Source of the DNA: Macrostomum lignano
Taxonomy: Eukaryota
Assembly (NCBI GenBank): GCA_002269645.1
Contig: NIVC01001695.1
Coordinates: 31,246 to 95,245 of the forward strand
Direction of reading: 5' to 3'
Length of the DNA: 64,000 nt
How positions within the stretch are numbered: the stretch's first letter is position 1; every line of letters begins with the position of its first letter. Below are positions 9,779 to 22,064 of this stretch, piece by piece. Both the position numbers and the translations under genes were made by a program. Below the pieces are notes generated by a model. That model saw nothing but the letters and a program-made list of their open reading frames with translations, made no database searches and was not told the DNA's origin.

Positions 9779-11259
9779 ATGGCCGAGACAAAAACCATTT
9801 GGAGTGATAAATTTCATTTCAAAAAACAACGACAGTATATTAATGAGGTCAGATCAAGAGATTTAAATTATACCCAACCAACAAGCGATAATTCAAATAA
9901 CTTTACAACGGGAACAGTAACTTTTGACATTGGTGCAACCACCAGCATATTGGATATGAAACATGCGTTTTTCCGAGTTAGGTGGTTGTATACCAGAAAT
10001 GATGGAACAGCCCTTACAGCTCCTGATATAGATGACAGAGCCGGCATTATTATAGAAAATGATTGGTTTTATAAATGTTTTTCCCAAGCACAACTAACCA
10101 TTAACGGAGCCGAGGTTGAGACGGTTACAAACCCAGCAGAGATTAATGGAGTTTTGAAACATTTAAATTATACATATTTATCAAAACAGGTTGGTGATAA
10201 CGTTGGATGGATGCCCGATAAGGGAGATGGTGGAGCAATAAATTTTCCCAATGTAGCACCAGCAGCCGGCGCAGATACCGCAGCTCTTATTAATTATTTA
10301 AATAATAATATAGTTCCGGTTGTAACAACCCTAACCAACACCAAAAATATGAACACCGGTTTTATAGACCGTCAGAATAAATTCCCAGTCGCGGTTTTAA
10401 CCACCGCAACCGCTTATGAGCAAGACTTTCAATCTTTCCACTATTTGGGTTCTTCTCACCAAATCGGGTATGGAAGGGATTAAAATTTGGGGTACGGTTG
10501 CAAATATCTAGTGGATATCTGCCCCGGATACTTTTTGGAAATTCAACCTCAACCGATATTGCAGTTCGAATTGTTTCGATTCAATTAGTTGTGCCAACTA
10601 TCGAGTTAACTGCTCCGCTTTTAAAACATATTGATGATCAGATAATGTTAGACCAGGATATATTTTATTTGAATCGCCGCCACTTTATGCGAACCATTAA
10701 TAACAATCAGGATTCATTCCAGTGGCAAATCTTACAAACAAAACGTCGGGTGAGGTATATTTTTATTTGGTTTAAAATATCAAACAGAAATAGCAAAAGA
10801 GGAAACTGTGATTTATATTGGCTTCAATCTGATGCCGTAGCAGCACAGGCAGCCACCGCAAGTGATAACGCGCTTTCGGCGATTAACGCATTTAATCTCC
10901 AGAATATCCGACTGCAGGTTGATGATCAATATTATCCTGTTAAAAGCCCGCTTAATCTAAATGTTGGAAATAATGATGTTAATGATTTTATAAAATATTA
11001 TCAGGATTACGTCAAAAACGAAGCCTACGCCATTCCTCAATATACACCCACAGAGTTTCTAAACATTCACCCCGTGGTTGTTTTTGATCTAACAGCACAG
11101 AAAGAAAATGTAGCCAATGTTGGTTTGAATTATATGTTGGAGATTAATAAAACCGGAAATCAGGCAGTAGACGCTCACGCATTGTTTCTAGAGGAATATA
11201 TGGCAATTGCTAAACCCGACGGCACCGTTGTTCAGGACGTCCCCATAGGAAAAAATTAG
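9779..11259 (+). CDS. Major capsid protein (double jelly-roll, hexon-like), one frameshift near 10430
   Basis: Two abutting ORFs join via IFPLFGFFSPNRVWKGLKFGVRLQI. Size ~490 aa, beta-rich, FSQAQLTINGAEVE and IRLQVDDQYYP segments, located directly upstream of ATPase and penton. Confidence 0.85.
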
Positions 11260-11278
11260 TTAAATTATTTCCTTAAAA

Positions 11279-12046
11279 ATGGTAAAGCCAAAACATAATA
11301 AAATATTTCCCAACGACCCTTTTCTTTTTTTGGTTGTTGGAGGATCAGGTAAAGGAAAAACACACTTTGTTTATGACTTATTAACAACTTATAAAATGTT
11401 AGATTATAATAATTTAATAATATATACAAACAAACCTAGAATAAAATATTATGAATTTCTTAAACATGGATTAAAAAACAAATTAAAAAAAGATATCTTG
11501 TTTAGAATGTTAAGAGCATATGAGCAATATGAGGACGACGATGAACCAAAATTCAAACTTTGTGACATTGAGGGTTTATGTAGAGAAACTGCGCAGCATC
11601 CAGAAAACGTCGACAACAACTCCCCAACGATCCAAATATCAAACAGATTAACCTATGATCAAATCCCAAAAGATGATAAAACACTAATTGTATTTGATGA
11701 TTGTATTAATGATGGTGATCAAAAGTTGCAAAAAGAAATTTTTGTTAGCGGTAGAGGAGATGGAATTGGAGCTTTTTATCTCACTCAATCCTTTAGAGAA
11801 TTAGATTCAATTATAAAAAAGAATGCAAGTTGTTGTGTAATGTTTGATCTAGATAACTACGATTTACAAAGTATACATGCGAGATTTAACCCAGGTTTAG
11901 ATCCAAAACCATTCAAAAGCATGTGTAAAAAAATTTGGGATGACAACCAATACAAACACATATATATCAACCCTAGGTTAGAAAGGAGAAATAGAATCTT
12001 ACAAAATTTGATACACGAGGAGGAGGAAGAGGAGGAAAAGGAATAA
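11279..12046 (+). CDS. A32/FtsK-like DNA packaging ATPase
   Basis: Walker A GGSGKGKT, Walker B LIVFDD, GRG motif, FYLTQSF. Confidence 0.93.
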   Translation: MVKPKHNKIFPNDPFLFLVVGGSGKGKTHFVYDLLTTYKMLDYNNLIIYTNKPRIKYYEFLKHGLKNKLKKDILFRMLRAYEQYEDDDEPKFKLCDIEGLCRETAQHPENVDNNSPTIQISNRLTYDQIPKDDKTLIVFDDCINDGDQKLQKEIFVSGRGDGIGAFYLTQSFRELDSIIKKNASCCVMFDLDNYDLQSIHARFNPGLDPKPFKSMCKKIWDDNQYKHIYINPRLERRNRILQNLIHEEEEEEEKE

Positions 12047-12093
12047 TCGCCCCGAAGGGTCGCGTACCTTTGGTACGATTCCCACCTATAAAA

Positions 12094-12879
12094 ATGGCAG
12101 TGAACCTCGATACAATAAAACAAGTGGTTGATAGAACCAACTCAAAATTTAGTACAACCCTACAATTTGTAATGACTAGCAGCGAGCAAAGGATTCAATT
12201 ACGTAACCCACTAACTCTTGATCAGACATTAAGTTATGAAATTGGTTTAATAATGTATTCAGTTTTTAACATGCCTCAATTGATTAATGCAACAAACAAT
12301 CAATTTAGATATTCTAAAGATTCAGGAGCAAATTGGACAACTATTACTATAACACCCGGCGCATATAACTATACTGATTTGAATACCGTAATGCAAGCTG
12401 AGTTAACAGATAATGGTGATTGGGTAGCAGACGCAATTGTTATAGGAGTTGATTTACCATCAGGCAGATTCACACTTACATTAGCGGCCGGTTATCAGGT
12501 TGATTTTACAATTGCCAATTCACTTAGAACCATATTAGGATTTAATTCCCGAATCGTTACCGCATCAACCACGGGCGATACCGTGGGAAATATTGAAGGC
12601 GGAGTCAACACAATTAATATTGCAACCGATATTTCAAATGGTGGTTATATAACAGATGATAACGGATTTTTGGTTCAGCGCGGAATTATATATTCAATTC
12701 CATTTCTAGCGGTTCCAATTGGAGATAAAATGATAGTTGCACCTCAAACCCCAATATATTACCCATTAAATCAATATAATTTACAATCAATTTTTATAAG
12801 AGTTGTAGATGATTCGGATCGACTAATAAGTTTTGGTGGACAAGCAATAACAATAATTTTAAGAATAAAACAGGTTTAG
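12094..12879 (+). CDS. Minor capsid protein (penton-like single jelly-roll)
   Basis: TATAAAAATG start; ITITPGAYNYTDLN, INIATDIS and IFIRVVDDSDRLISFGGQAITIILRI resemble Polinton minor-capsid patterns. Confidence 0.85.
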   Translation: MAVNLDTIKQVVDRTNSKFSTTLQFVMTSSEQRIQLRNPLTLDQTLSYEIGLIMYSVFNMPQLINATNNQFRYSKDSGANWTTITITPGAYNYTDLNTVMQAELTDNGDWVADAIVIGVDLPSGRFTLTLAAGYQVDFTIANSLRTILGFNSRIVTASTTGDTVGNIEGGVNTINIATDISNGGYITDDNGFLVQRGIIYSIPFLAVPIGDKMIVAPQTPIYYPLNQYNLQSIFIRVVDDSDRLISFGGQAITIILRIKQV

Positions 12880-12889
12880 AATCTTAAAA

Positions 12890-13498
12890 ATGGGTAATAA
12901 TAACGCTTTAAAAAAACAAATGGTAAAAGTTCAAAAAGCAAAAGATAATTATGAAATCGAATTAACAAAATTGAAACATCTACAAGCGGAAAAAATCAGG
13001 CGGGAAATATTACAACCCACAGATAAGAAACTAACAAAAACAAAGAGTTTTCAGAAGCATAAAATGACTATGAGCTGGAATGAGTTCAAACAAAGATATG
13101 GAACGGATGCAACAAGTAATATTGAATTAACAAATTGGGCGAGACAATTAAAAATAAAACCGTTCAGATGTGTTATGCGCGATGAGATAAAAGACTTACA
13201 ACAATATGGATCTTTCATTGTCAATATTGAAACGACAAAATAAAATGGTGTACATTGGTCAGCAGTTTATTCAAAACCCAAACTCGTTTATTTTTTTGAT
13301 TCATATGCCCTTCCTCCATTGCAGGAAATAAAAGACAAATTTAACCACACTAAAAATCGATTATGTGGAGATTATCACGAACAATTTCAAACCTTTGATA
13401 AAAGTTATTGTGGGCAGGCGGCGTTGTATTTTTTATATAGAATCGAACAAAGTTCGCGTACCCCAGAGGATTTTAAAAACATATTGGATTCATTTTAA
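12890..13498 (+). pseudogene. Adenain-like cysteine protease, premature TAA at 13241-13243 (alternative start 13064)
   Basis: In-frame continuation past the stop gives NGVHWSAVY, YFFDSYALPP and QFQTFDKSYCGQAALYFL (His/Asp/Gln/Cys motifs). Confidence 0.88.
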
Positions 13499-13521
13499 TA
13501 TGGTAAAAATAGACTCTGAAA

Positions 13522-15511
13522 ATGTTATTTAGTGGAACACCCTCATGGAATGGAACTTCAAGTACTGGTGGTGGCGGATCAAGTGGAGGAATCAGTGTTA
13601 CATTTGGAGACAACCGATATATAAATGAAGATGAAGGATATAAAAAAACAGAAATAGATAATAAATTAAATTTAAAACGGAATGTTGCAGATTCCATACC
13701 AAAACTCAAGTCGATAATTCATTAAATTTAAAACGCAATACCGCCGATTCCTGTAGCAAGACGGATATTGATAATTCATTAAATTTAAAACGGAATATAT
13801 TAGATTCTTATAGTCAAGCCGAAGTTGATTCCGAACTTAATTTGAAACGGAATGTGGCAGATTCATATACAAAAACGGAGGTTGATAACTCATTAAACTT
13901 GAAAAGAGACATAACCGATTCTTATTCCCGAACAGATTCTGATTCGCGTTATGTTCAAACCACCGCAACCGGCACCTTAGATATGAGTAACAATCGAATT
14001 ATAAATGTTTCAATTACAACAAACAACTCGGTAGTCGATAAGAACTATGTTGATAATCAAATTGGTACTCGTACTGGTAATATAAATATGAATAATTTTA
14101 AATTAACAAATTTGTTATTTGGAACAGAGGACACGGATTCAGTCAATCTCGAGCAAGTAAATGCACGAGCAAATATAACCGATGATGATATTTTTAACAC
14201 GCCTCTTACATCAAATACTTCAAATCCCGATGTTATTCTTACAGCTTCTGAAAATAACAATGAAGCTTTTCGAGTTGGTGACGGAAGTCTTGCAACACAA
14301 TGGTCACCAAATACCGGTACCACAACCAATATGGAAATTAATTTGAGTTTTTAGGCTATAATCGAAGAATAAATGAATTAAGAGTTACGGGCAGCCCAAC
14401 AATTGATATCCCATCGGGATGGTCGGTGCGTGCAAAAAATGTTGCTACAGACGCGTGGACTGTATTACGAACATCATCCTCACCAATTCAAGCAACTTCA
14501 TTAGCATTAACTAATTTAACAGTTAATTTTTGGAAATATTATAGCGTTTTATTCCCAACCGGTGGGACAGTTACACAACCTATTGAAGTTCGTCTAATTC
14601 AATTATTTGAACACCGAGTTGAAGTTCAAGATCTCAATTGGCCAAATCAAGTACTTTCTGCCACTCCGCGTGCATATGTAGATCAATTAGCAACCCCAAC
14701 TTCAAATGGTAGAATGTCTGCTGGTGATAAAAATAAATTAGATGGAATTCCTGCAATTGATGCCGCATTATTCGAGCCAGTAATTTGCAATTGGACTGGA
14801 TATCAAAATCCAACAACCGCCGGAGATATATATCCAGTGGGAACTTTAATTGGTGACGCCACATATGTTGATTATCAAAACGGAGCTAGAATAACTCGCG
14901 AAACCGCTGGAGTAAGTGGCGCTTTACAATTTAATTTTACACATTTTCAAAACATTGCTGCGTCCTTCTTTTTCCGAGTTGCTAATAGTGGTGGGGATGG
15001 TGCGGATGCAGTTTGGTTTTATGCATATTGTCATGAACGACCTACTAGTGAATTTGGTAGTAGTTTAACAACCGACGCTGGTCTGATAGTGTTTGCTAGT
15101 GAATGGACAGATCGGTTTGGTGTGGTTTGGAGTAATAAAAAAGCAGATGGAACCACAGTTCGTAATGATGTTCAAAATGACGCCGACCAAACAGTAACCT
15201 ACGCTAATATTGATAATGACGATTGGCATCTTTTTGAAATTAATATTATTAATCAAAGAGTTTGGTATCAATTAAGGTCATACAATTTTTCAACTAAAGC
15301 ATATACACTAATTGGGAAAAATGTTTTTACATATGATAGTGGAACTTGGGGAACTTTAGATAAATCTGGAACTCTTATGGGTTTTGGTGCACGAACCTGA
15401 GGAGCGGATGCTGCACATTTTATTCGAGGCGCTGCTGTTTGTGGTAGCACATCTGCGGGATATAATTTTGCTGCCAGTGCATATCTGGAAGAGCCGCCGG
15501 TAGCAATATAA
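13522..15511 (+). pseudogene. Putative virion fibre / receptor-binding protein (~660 aa): 19-aa repeats, discoidin-like and L-lectin-like domains; two frameshifts and one TGA
   Basis: Five YxKTEVDNxLNLKRNxxDS repeats (~13640-13950), NINMNNFKLTNL stalk motif, F5/8C-like AFRVGDGSLATQWSP...RINELRV, GRMSAGDKNKLDGI, and lectin-like GGDGADAVWF and GFGART(G)GA..HFI. Confidence 0.65.
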
Positions 15512-15527
15512 AATATTGTTATATAAA

Positions 15528-15857
15528 ATGGCTTTTAGTAGAACTCCATCAATGCGACAATGCAATAATATTGTTATTCCGATTCCCAAACAAGAATCAA
15601 ATATAAAAACTTTTAAATCTCATACCAAAATTTTATTTAGCGGAGTGAATGTTCAAGACAATAAGAAACTTCAGGAATTAATTAAATTATTAAAAACCCA
15701 TATTATATTACAGGAGTTTTGGAAGGTTGGATTTAAATGGGAGAAAAAAGAAAGAATAACTCCAATCCAATACTTATTGAGCGCTGGACAGATTCCTAAG
15801 GAGCGTGGGGAATTCATTTTGGTGTTATTAAAAATAGACGAAAATTTCGGTGTCTGA
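15528..15857 (+). CDS. Polinton hypothetical protein
   Basis: TATAAAATG start, ~109 aa, overlaps the next gene. Confidence 0.55.
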   Translation: MAFSRTPSMRQCNNIVIPIPKQESNIKTFKSHTKILFSGVNVQDNKKLQELIKLLKTHIILQEFWKVGFKWEKKERITPIQYLLSAGQIPKERGEFILVLLKIDENFGV

Positions 15858-16494
15858 AGCAGACAGAAAAGAGCGCGACCTATTTAACCAACGTAAAGGG
15901 CGCATGTTAAGTAATGTCGATCGAATTAATTATGATTATGATTTATATACCAAAAAAGTAAGAAGGCTTTCAAACCATATCAGGAATATGGATTTTTTCA
16001 ATATTGGTTTTGGAAGTTTATCGATGTTGTGTGTGATCGTTTTAGGTATTTTACAATCCATTCCAACTCTTAATTTATCTCAATTATTTTTGGGTATTTC
16101 AATTGGTTCAATATCAGGTTTTGAATTAATAAGAAACTTATCAATACTTTTGGCAATTAAATTATATCTTAAAAAAAGAAAGGATAAATATAAATCACTA
16201 AGAGATGTTGCTAAACAATATAAAAATCAGTTATATTTATATGTGCAAAAAATATTAGATGATGGTGAGATTACAATACATGAGTTAACAACCGCGGTTG
16301 AGTTATATGATAAGTATTTAAAAGATAGAAATAGAATTTTAGATATTGAAGCTTTTACCGATATGGAATTGAAAGAATTGCGTTTGGACGCCCCCAAACC
16401 TCCGCCTATAGAAACTATAGAATACAAGTCCGAAGTTATGGCTGATGGGGTACAAAGCCCGCGATCAGGTAGCACTATAGAACTTCAGGTCTGA
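15850..16494 (+). CDS. Polinton two-TM protein with helical C-terminal domain
   Basis: Hydrophobic hairpin FFNIGFGSLSMLCVIVLGIL / LFLGISIGSISGFELIRNLSILLAI followed by ILDDGEITIHEL. Confidence 0.7.
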   Translation: MSEADRKERDLFNQRKGRMLSNVDRINYDYDLYTKKVRRLSNHIRNMDFFNIGFGSLSMLCVIVLGILQSIPTLNLSQLFLGISIGSISGFELIRNLSILLAIKLYLKKRKDKYKSLRDVAKQYKNQLYLYVQKILDDGEITIHELTTAVELYDKYLKDRNRILDIEAFTDMELKELRLDAPKPPPIETIEYKSEVMADGVQSPRSGSTIELQV

Positions 16495-16550
16495 CTTAGT
16501 CAGCGAACCTTGGTTCGGTGGTGTAATTTATTAAAAATATATTCTAAAAA

Positions 16551-16835
16551 ATGGATCAAGGAATAATACATAAAGTTAAAGTTAAAGATAAAATCCTTTT
16601 TAAAATGTATTCTGTCCAAGATATAAATATATATACTAAAACTTCTAAAAAATATGGGTGGCCGTGTTATATTTTTGGAACTTATTTAATTATTAATTAT
16701 ATAAAAAACCTACTTGCTCTTCCAAAAAGAAGAATGCCGGAGTATATCCAAGACGAATTCGATGCGCGTAAAGCTACATCTGATATTAAAAGTGTGGAAA
16801 TAATTAATTTAGAGAGTTTAAGAAATTCTATGTAG
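16551..16835 (+). CDS. Polinton hypothetical protein, 94 aa
   Basis: AAAAAATG start, ORF track. Confidence 0.5.
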   Translation: MDQGIIHKVKVKDKILFKMYSVQDINIYTKTSKKYGWPCYIFGTYLIINYIKNLLALPKRRMPEYIQDEFDARKATSDIKSVEIINLESLRNSM

Positions 16836-17080
16836 ACCCATCTGTAGCTTTTTTAATGCATAAGTTATATATTCTTCCCACAATGGTAATTGCCTTTTGA
16901 TTCGTGGTTCGAATTTTTTATCAATACATAAAAATTCCAATGACTTTTTCAATAACATTTCGCTTGGGATGTTGCCCAGTCTTATATGTTTTGTGTTCTC
17001 TCTCATAAGAAAATTGAAATAATATTCAACCAGAGTTAAAATCCTCTCGGCGTCTTTCGAACTTAATCCTTTTCCTTTAT

Positions 17081-17356
17081 TTAAATGAAAAAAGTTATTA
17101 TATAAATAAACAGTATTTCCGGGGATGGTATTAATTTGTGTGCCGTCTGGCTTTGAAGGGATGGATGTGAAATGTCACATGATAAATTTCTTATAATTGT
17201 GTTTTTGAAATAGTAATATGAGTTTTCAATCTTTTTTGTTTTTTCAAATTGATATATCTTAGCGCATGAATAACACATGTGGTATATTTCTCCATTTGCT
17301 GTTTGACCTCTCTGCATAGTAACATTACATTTTTTACATTCATATCTGTCTTTCAT
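17081..17356 (-). CDS. Small zinc-ribbon protein
   Basis: YECKKC...MCYSC CxxC pairs; AAAAAATG start. Confidence 0.55.
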   Translation of the reverse strand: MKDRYECKKCNVTMQRGQTANGEIYHMCYSCAKIYQFEKTKKIENSYYYFKNTIIRNLSCDISHPSLQSQTAHKLIPSPEILFIYIITFFI

Positions 17357-17382
17357 TTTTTTGTTATTTTTTTAGACTAAAA

Positions 17383-17712
17383 ATGGAAAAAGAAAATCGG
17401 TTCAAAACTGATTCTAATGCAATTAATTTTCTAACCACCAATTCTCTGGAACCAAAGGAGTATGATATAATATGTTTGCGACAGGTTAAATTTATTGGAA
17501 TTCAATCGATATTTTTACAATTAAACGGGGGAGTCGTTCTGTGCTTAAGTGGTGATGATGCTAAAAATTTTCCAACAATTGTTATAAATAAACCTAAAAC
17601 TTTTATTATGAAATACTCACGAATGGATGGTTTGCAATTTAAAGAAAGACAAGCAAAAAACAAAAAGGTTGATAGGACTGTAAAATTAGCCGCTGTTTGG
17701 GAGGAAGACTAA
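17383..17712 (+). CDS. Polinton hypothetical protein, 109 aa
   Basis: CTAAAAATG start, ORF track. Confidence 0.5.
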   Translation: MEKENRFKTDSNAINFLTTNSLEPKEYDIICLRQVKFIGIQSIFLQLNGGVVLCLSGDDAKNFPTIVINKPKTFIMKYSRMDGLQFKERQAKNKKVDRTVKLAAVWEED

Positions 17713-17727
17713 ATTTTTTATAAGAAA

Positions 17728-18084
17728 ATGGCGAGCGTAAAAAACCTTCTGTGCACTCACAATAAAGAAATGAATGATATTAATAAAAAATTAAATATAA
17801 TTAACGAACAGAAATATAGTGATTATGGCGACGATATGTTTCCGATTCGATATGAATTAGAAAAAAGAAAGCGTTTTATTATAAAAGCAATTGCTTATGC
17901 TGAAACTATTATTGAACAAGAGATCGACCGTCTTGTTAGACGAATAAAAATACTTCGAAAAAAAGTAAAAGAGTGTTTAAGTTACCCTGCCGATTGTGAA
18001 GATAATTGGTGTTCAATAAAATATGAAATGGAAATGGATATTCTACTTAAGGAATTACATGCTTTAGTTTTTTGCCGTTATTAG
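17728..18084 (+). CDS. Polinton helical hypothetical protein, 118 aa
   Basis: AAAATG start; converges on the pPolB 3' end. Confidence 0.5.
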   Translation: MASVKNLLCTHNKEMNDINKKLNIINEQKYSDYGDDMFPIRYELEKRKRFIIKAIAYAETIIEQEIDRLVRRIKILRKKVKECLSYPADCEDNWCSIKYEMEMDILLKELHALVFCRY

Positions 18085-21000
18085 TTTTTCCGTTAATCTC
18101 TTCCAGTTATCCAAGACTTGTTCCTTTTTTAATTTTTTAAATTCTTTTGGAAATGTTGCATAATAATTTTCTATGTCTTTTTCATATTCTAGATATGTAT
18201 TATATTCATATTCACATTCGATCGGAAACCGCGTTCCGATGGAAAGATCGTCCTCGCAATCACAATCGTAATGGTGATTATTTATTGACTCTTTGTATTC
18301 TTTATATCTGCTTATTAAATACTCATCTTGTTTTTTATCTTTTATCATGTTTTTAATTTCTTCTTTTAAACCATATGGATATGTTTTAATTTTATTATCT
18401 AAATACCTTTTATCATCAAATGGGCTTAATGTTTTTTTTATCAGTCTCAATAACAAACATCTGATGATTATCTGAATTTAATCGATATTGTGGAGCATGA
18501 TATTTTTCAATTGTACGAGTATTAAGGGATTATTAATCATTAATCTAATAATGCGTTTTTATAATCAACAAAAGTTATCTTTTTAACTGCTGCCCTTGAT
18601 ACTCCTTTTTTTTACCTCTCCCTCCTGTCCTAAAACCTTAAATGCATAACATTTTGATCTTATTGCTATAAACTCGGTTATGATTTTGCTATTTAATTCA
18701 TCTTTCATTTTAAGTACAACTTTCTTATTTTTATCAGATTTTAGAGGATGTTTATCCGGATAATCAGAGGTGTCCAATGTATCCTTAATTGTTTCCATAT
18801 CTTTATAGACGTCCTCAGTTTCAACCTTAAATACCAAACTGTCGGTGTCTGCATATATTGGATAGTTATCTGGCCAAGTTTTATTTATAACATCATAATA
18901 GTATTCATACATTACTAGCTTTGCATAATCTAAAACAACCATTCCAATAAAGATTGGTTTAAGAAATTTTGTTTTTTATTGCGCATATGTATTCCCATAA
19001 ATTCATCATCAAATTTTATAAAGTCTTTAAAGTTAGGTTTGGTCAAATATTTCTTTGCTTTTTCAATATCCTTTTCTAAATGGAATTGGGTTCTATCTCT
19101 AATATTTTCAACCGTTTTTCCATAAAATGCATTATTCATTAATTTCCAATAATCTTTCTCAAAAGTTGTTTTTGCCATCTGTCTCTGATTTGAATTAAAA
19201 TCAATATATTTAGCTAACCAATCTTCTTCTATAAATGATATTGTTCGATGTACTTTGGTTACTTTTAGTCCTTGCTTTTCATAAAATTGTAGAAGCTTAT
19301 AATGCACTACATAGTTTTTCTTATCAAATAAATTTAGAATTAGCTTCTTTGTTGCTAGATGTTTTGAATTATCTGCTTTAAGATAATCTTTTTGTGTTTG
19401 TGATAAATCATCTTCATTAACTGAACAATGCTCTGGAGCTAGAGGATATTTATATGTTGCTGCTTTTGCTTGCCGAGTATATTTTAAATCTACTTTCACT
19501 ATGCATCCCCTTCCTTTGGGAATGTTTTTATAATAATTGGGATTGTATTCCCACCGGAAATCGGTAATTGGTAATTTTTGTTTCATACAGCCTCCATATA
19601 AATTGTTTGCATCTAGATATAATACATATGATGATTTTTCTTTTTTATTATAATTAGGTAGATACTTATTATTTACTTTAGTATATCTATCTCCTAGTAC
19701 CCCTGAGAATCCCCCGCGAATTCCACGCTCAATCATTAACAACATATCATGATCAGTTAGTAAATCAATTTTTACATCTGTATGTTTTAACCCGCATGCC
19801 CATGTTAATCCGGGTGCACTGAAACAATAGGCTGGATCAATTTTAAACTTCTCGTATGTATGATTCCTAAAGTTTTCAAACGCATCAGCTAACAGGAGAA
19901 CATCTGCTTTAAGATATAGGTTATGATAATCTTTAAAAGTTTTACAATCAAAGTATTTCCATACTTTTTGTGCATGTTCATAATCCGATTCGGATATGTT
20001 AGATTGTGATAATATTGAATAAAACTTTTCGATTGGGGGTAGTTGAGTATCATTAAATACCTTTTCAGATGTTTCATATTCATATGGATAAACGCCCTTG
20101 CGAGTTAATAGTATTAGTTCTTCCTCGGATAGTTTTTCCTTTTTAAATTTATTTAATAGTATTGGAAAGTTTTTCTTTATTGTTTCTAAGTCCCATGGTT
20201 TTGGAACTAATGATGAAACAACATTCGCTAGGGAGGTTGATAAGAATCTCAAGGAGTCTAGAAAAACCAGATGGGAATATTTTTTACCATATGTTATTGA
20301 TATGTAATTTTCTGATGTTTTTGGTAAAATATTTACTTCATATTCATCCTTACCTAAGTGTAGTAATTCTCGAACAAGGAAATGACAATCATAGCCAGAA
20401 CCATTATGAAAAAATACTGGTATTTCCTTATATCCTTTTCCTTCTTTTGTGTGACATGATCTACATGCTGCCCCGCGATAAATTCCTGTTAGATAACAAT
20501 GCTCTTTTATCTTATTCTTATCACTTAATTCCATTTGACATAGAAAACAATTTGTTGCATTCTTATGGTTATATTTTTCTTTTTCTGTCATAATAATATA
20601 TTTTGATAATTTACAATATTGATTTTGAATATATTTTAAATACATTAACCAATGATTCTACCATATGTTTCGCCGAGTCCATACCATGATAAGTAATTAT
20701 CTTTGATTTAAAAATATGATCTGCTGCAGAATGTACATATATAGAATAACTATTTGGATACTGTTGTGCCAATTTTTTTGTGCAGTCGCCCTGAAGGGTC
20801 GCGGACTCCGTCCGGTCACCCAATGGAACATTGGTTGCTTCAAAATCAGCATATATTACAATTGATTTTTTAATTGACATATAATGTTGTTGGAACTTTA
20901 AGATTTTATCTTCACCATATGGCATTAAAACCTTAGTAAATTTATGATCTAAACAAAATATTTGATGCTTTTTAAGAGCTGTTTCATCCCTTTTAAATGT

Positions 21001-22034
21001 GAAACAGTTTCTACATAATTGCATTCTATTTCCATTTTCTCTTAAAAAAGAGCTAATATCTTTTATGTATATATAATGTGTTTCATTTCCGCGCTGCATA
21101 TACAAAAGGTCGATTTGATCTGGTGCTGTTATATCAGTTGCTGGCTTTACTAAATAACATCTTTTTTTATACCAATCTTTATCGCCAATTGGAATTTCTT
21201 CTGGCTCTTCAATTGTAAATACATTAATATTTAATCCATTCATTTTTTTCAATCTTATATATATCATCAATGGCTACTGGGTATGATATGTTTTTCATTA
21301 TTATTTCATCCTCATATTTTCTATAATTATATATTTCATTAACATGGGATTTTACTTGTTCATGATATTTATGAATTAATAAACACCATAATAAACACTT
21401 ATTATCTTTATTGTCTGGATTTATAATCATTGGTGATTTAAAGCCGAGGTTCATATAAGATCGTTCTCTAAGAATTTCTATGGGTACAATCTTTACTGTG
21501 GCTGAATTACAGGATACAAATATAAACCCTGATCCATTTTCTGTCATCTTATCTATCCATTCATCAAACTCTGCTTCTATTTGATCAAATTGATTGTCGT
21601 AATTTCTCATTGATAGGAGTCTTATATGATTCTTGTGAAAAGTTATTTATTACTTCAATTTCTGAATTTGCATTAATCATATTTGGTTTTTTAAATTCTG
21701 TTTCAATTTCTATTTTATACTTAATTGGCTGTCGTTTGTTATTTGATCTTTTAGTATATCTATCTAGGATGGTCTTTAATTTTGGTTTCATTTGTTTAAA
21801 ATATTCTTTATAATCAGTATTTATTTCAATATCTATATTTATTACTTCAGCTCCATTTTGTCTTTGTGGTTGAGGTTTATCAATATCATTTAATTGTCTT
21901 TCTAAACGCATCTCATTTTCTGCTCTGACTCTAGCTTCTATTTCCGCCCTATTGGCCATTCGTTGTGCTTCTATTTGAGCTATTAATTGTGCTCTAAGTT
22001 CTGGGTTGTCGATTTGGGCTAAAATAGCTTCCAT
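18064..22034 (-). pseudogene. polB: Protein-primed family B DNA polymerase (pPolB), ~1300 aa, split by about six frameshifts
   Basis: Exo I VIYADFE, Exo II VFFHNGSGYDCHF, Exo III YLKADVLLLAD, Pol A YLDANNLYG, Pol B KLMNNAFYGK, Pol C YADTDSL, C-terminal LSPFDDKRY, internal C/H zinc motif CFLC...HC...ACRSCH. Confidence 0.95.
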
Positions 22035-22064
22035 TTTATAGAATAAAATTTATACAATGTTTAC

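Noticed and set aside
9580-15400. Stop-codon reassignment or programmed readthrough in the Polinton
   Set aside because: The internal stops are of two types (TAA, TGA), rare, and accompanied by many frameshifts; ordinary decay explains them.
20785-20820. Possible second intron in pPolB (GC-rich patch)
   Set aside because: Only ~35 nt, in frame, with no P/Q/R/S elements. The other pPolB and capsid breaks are simple indels.
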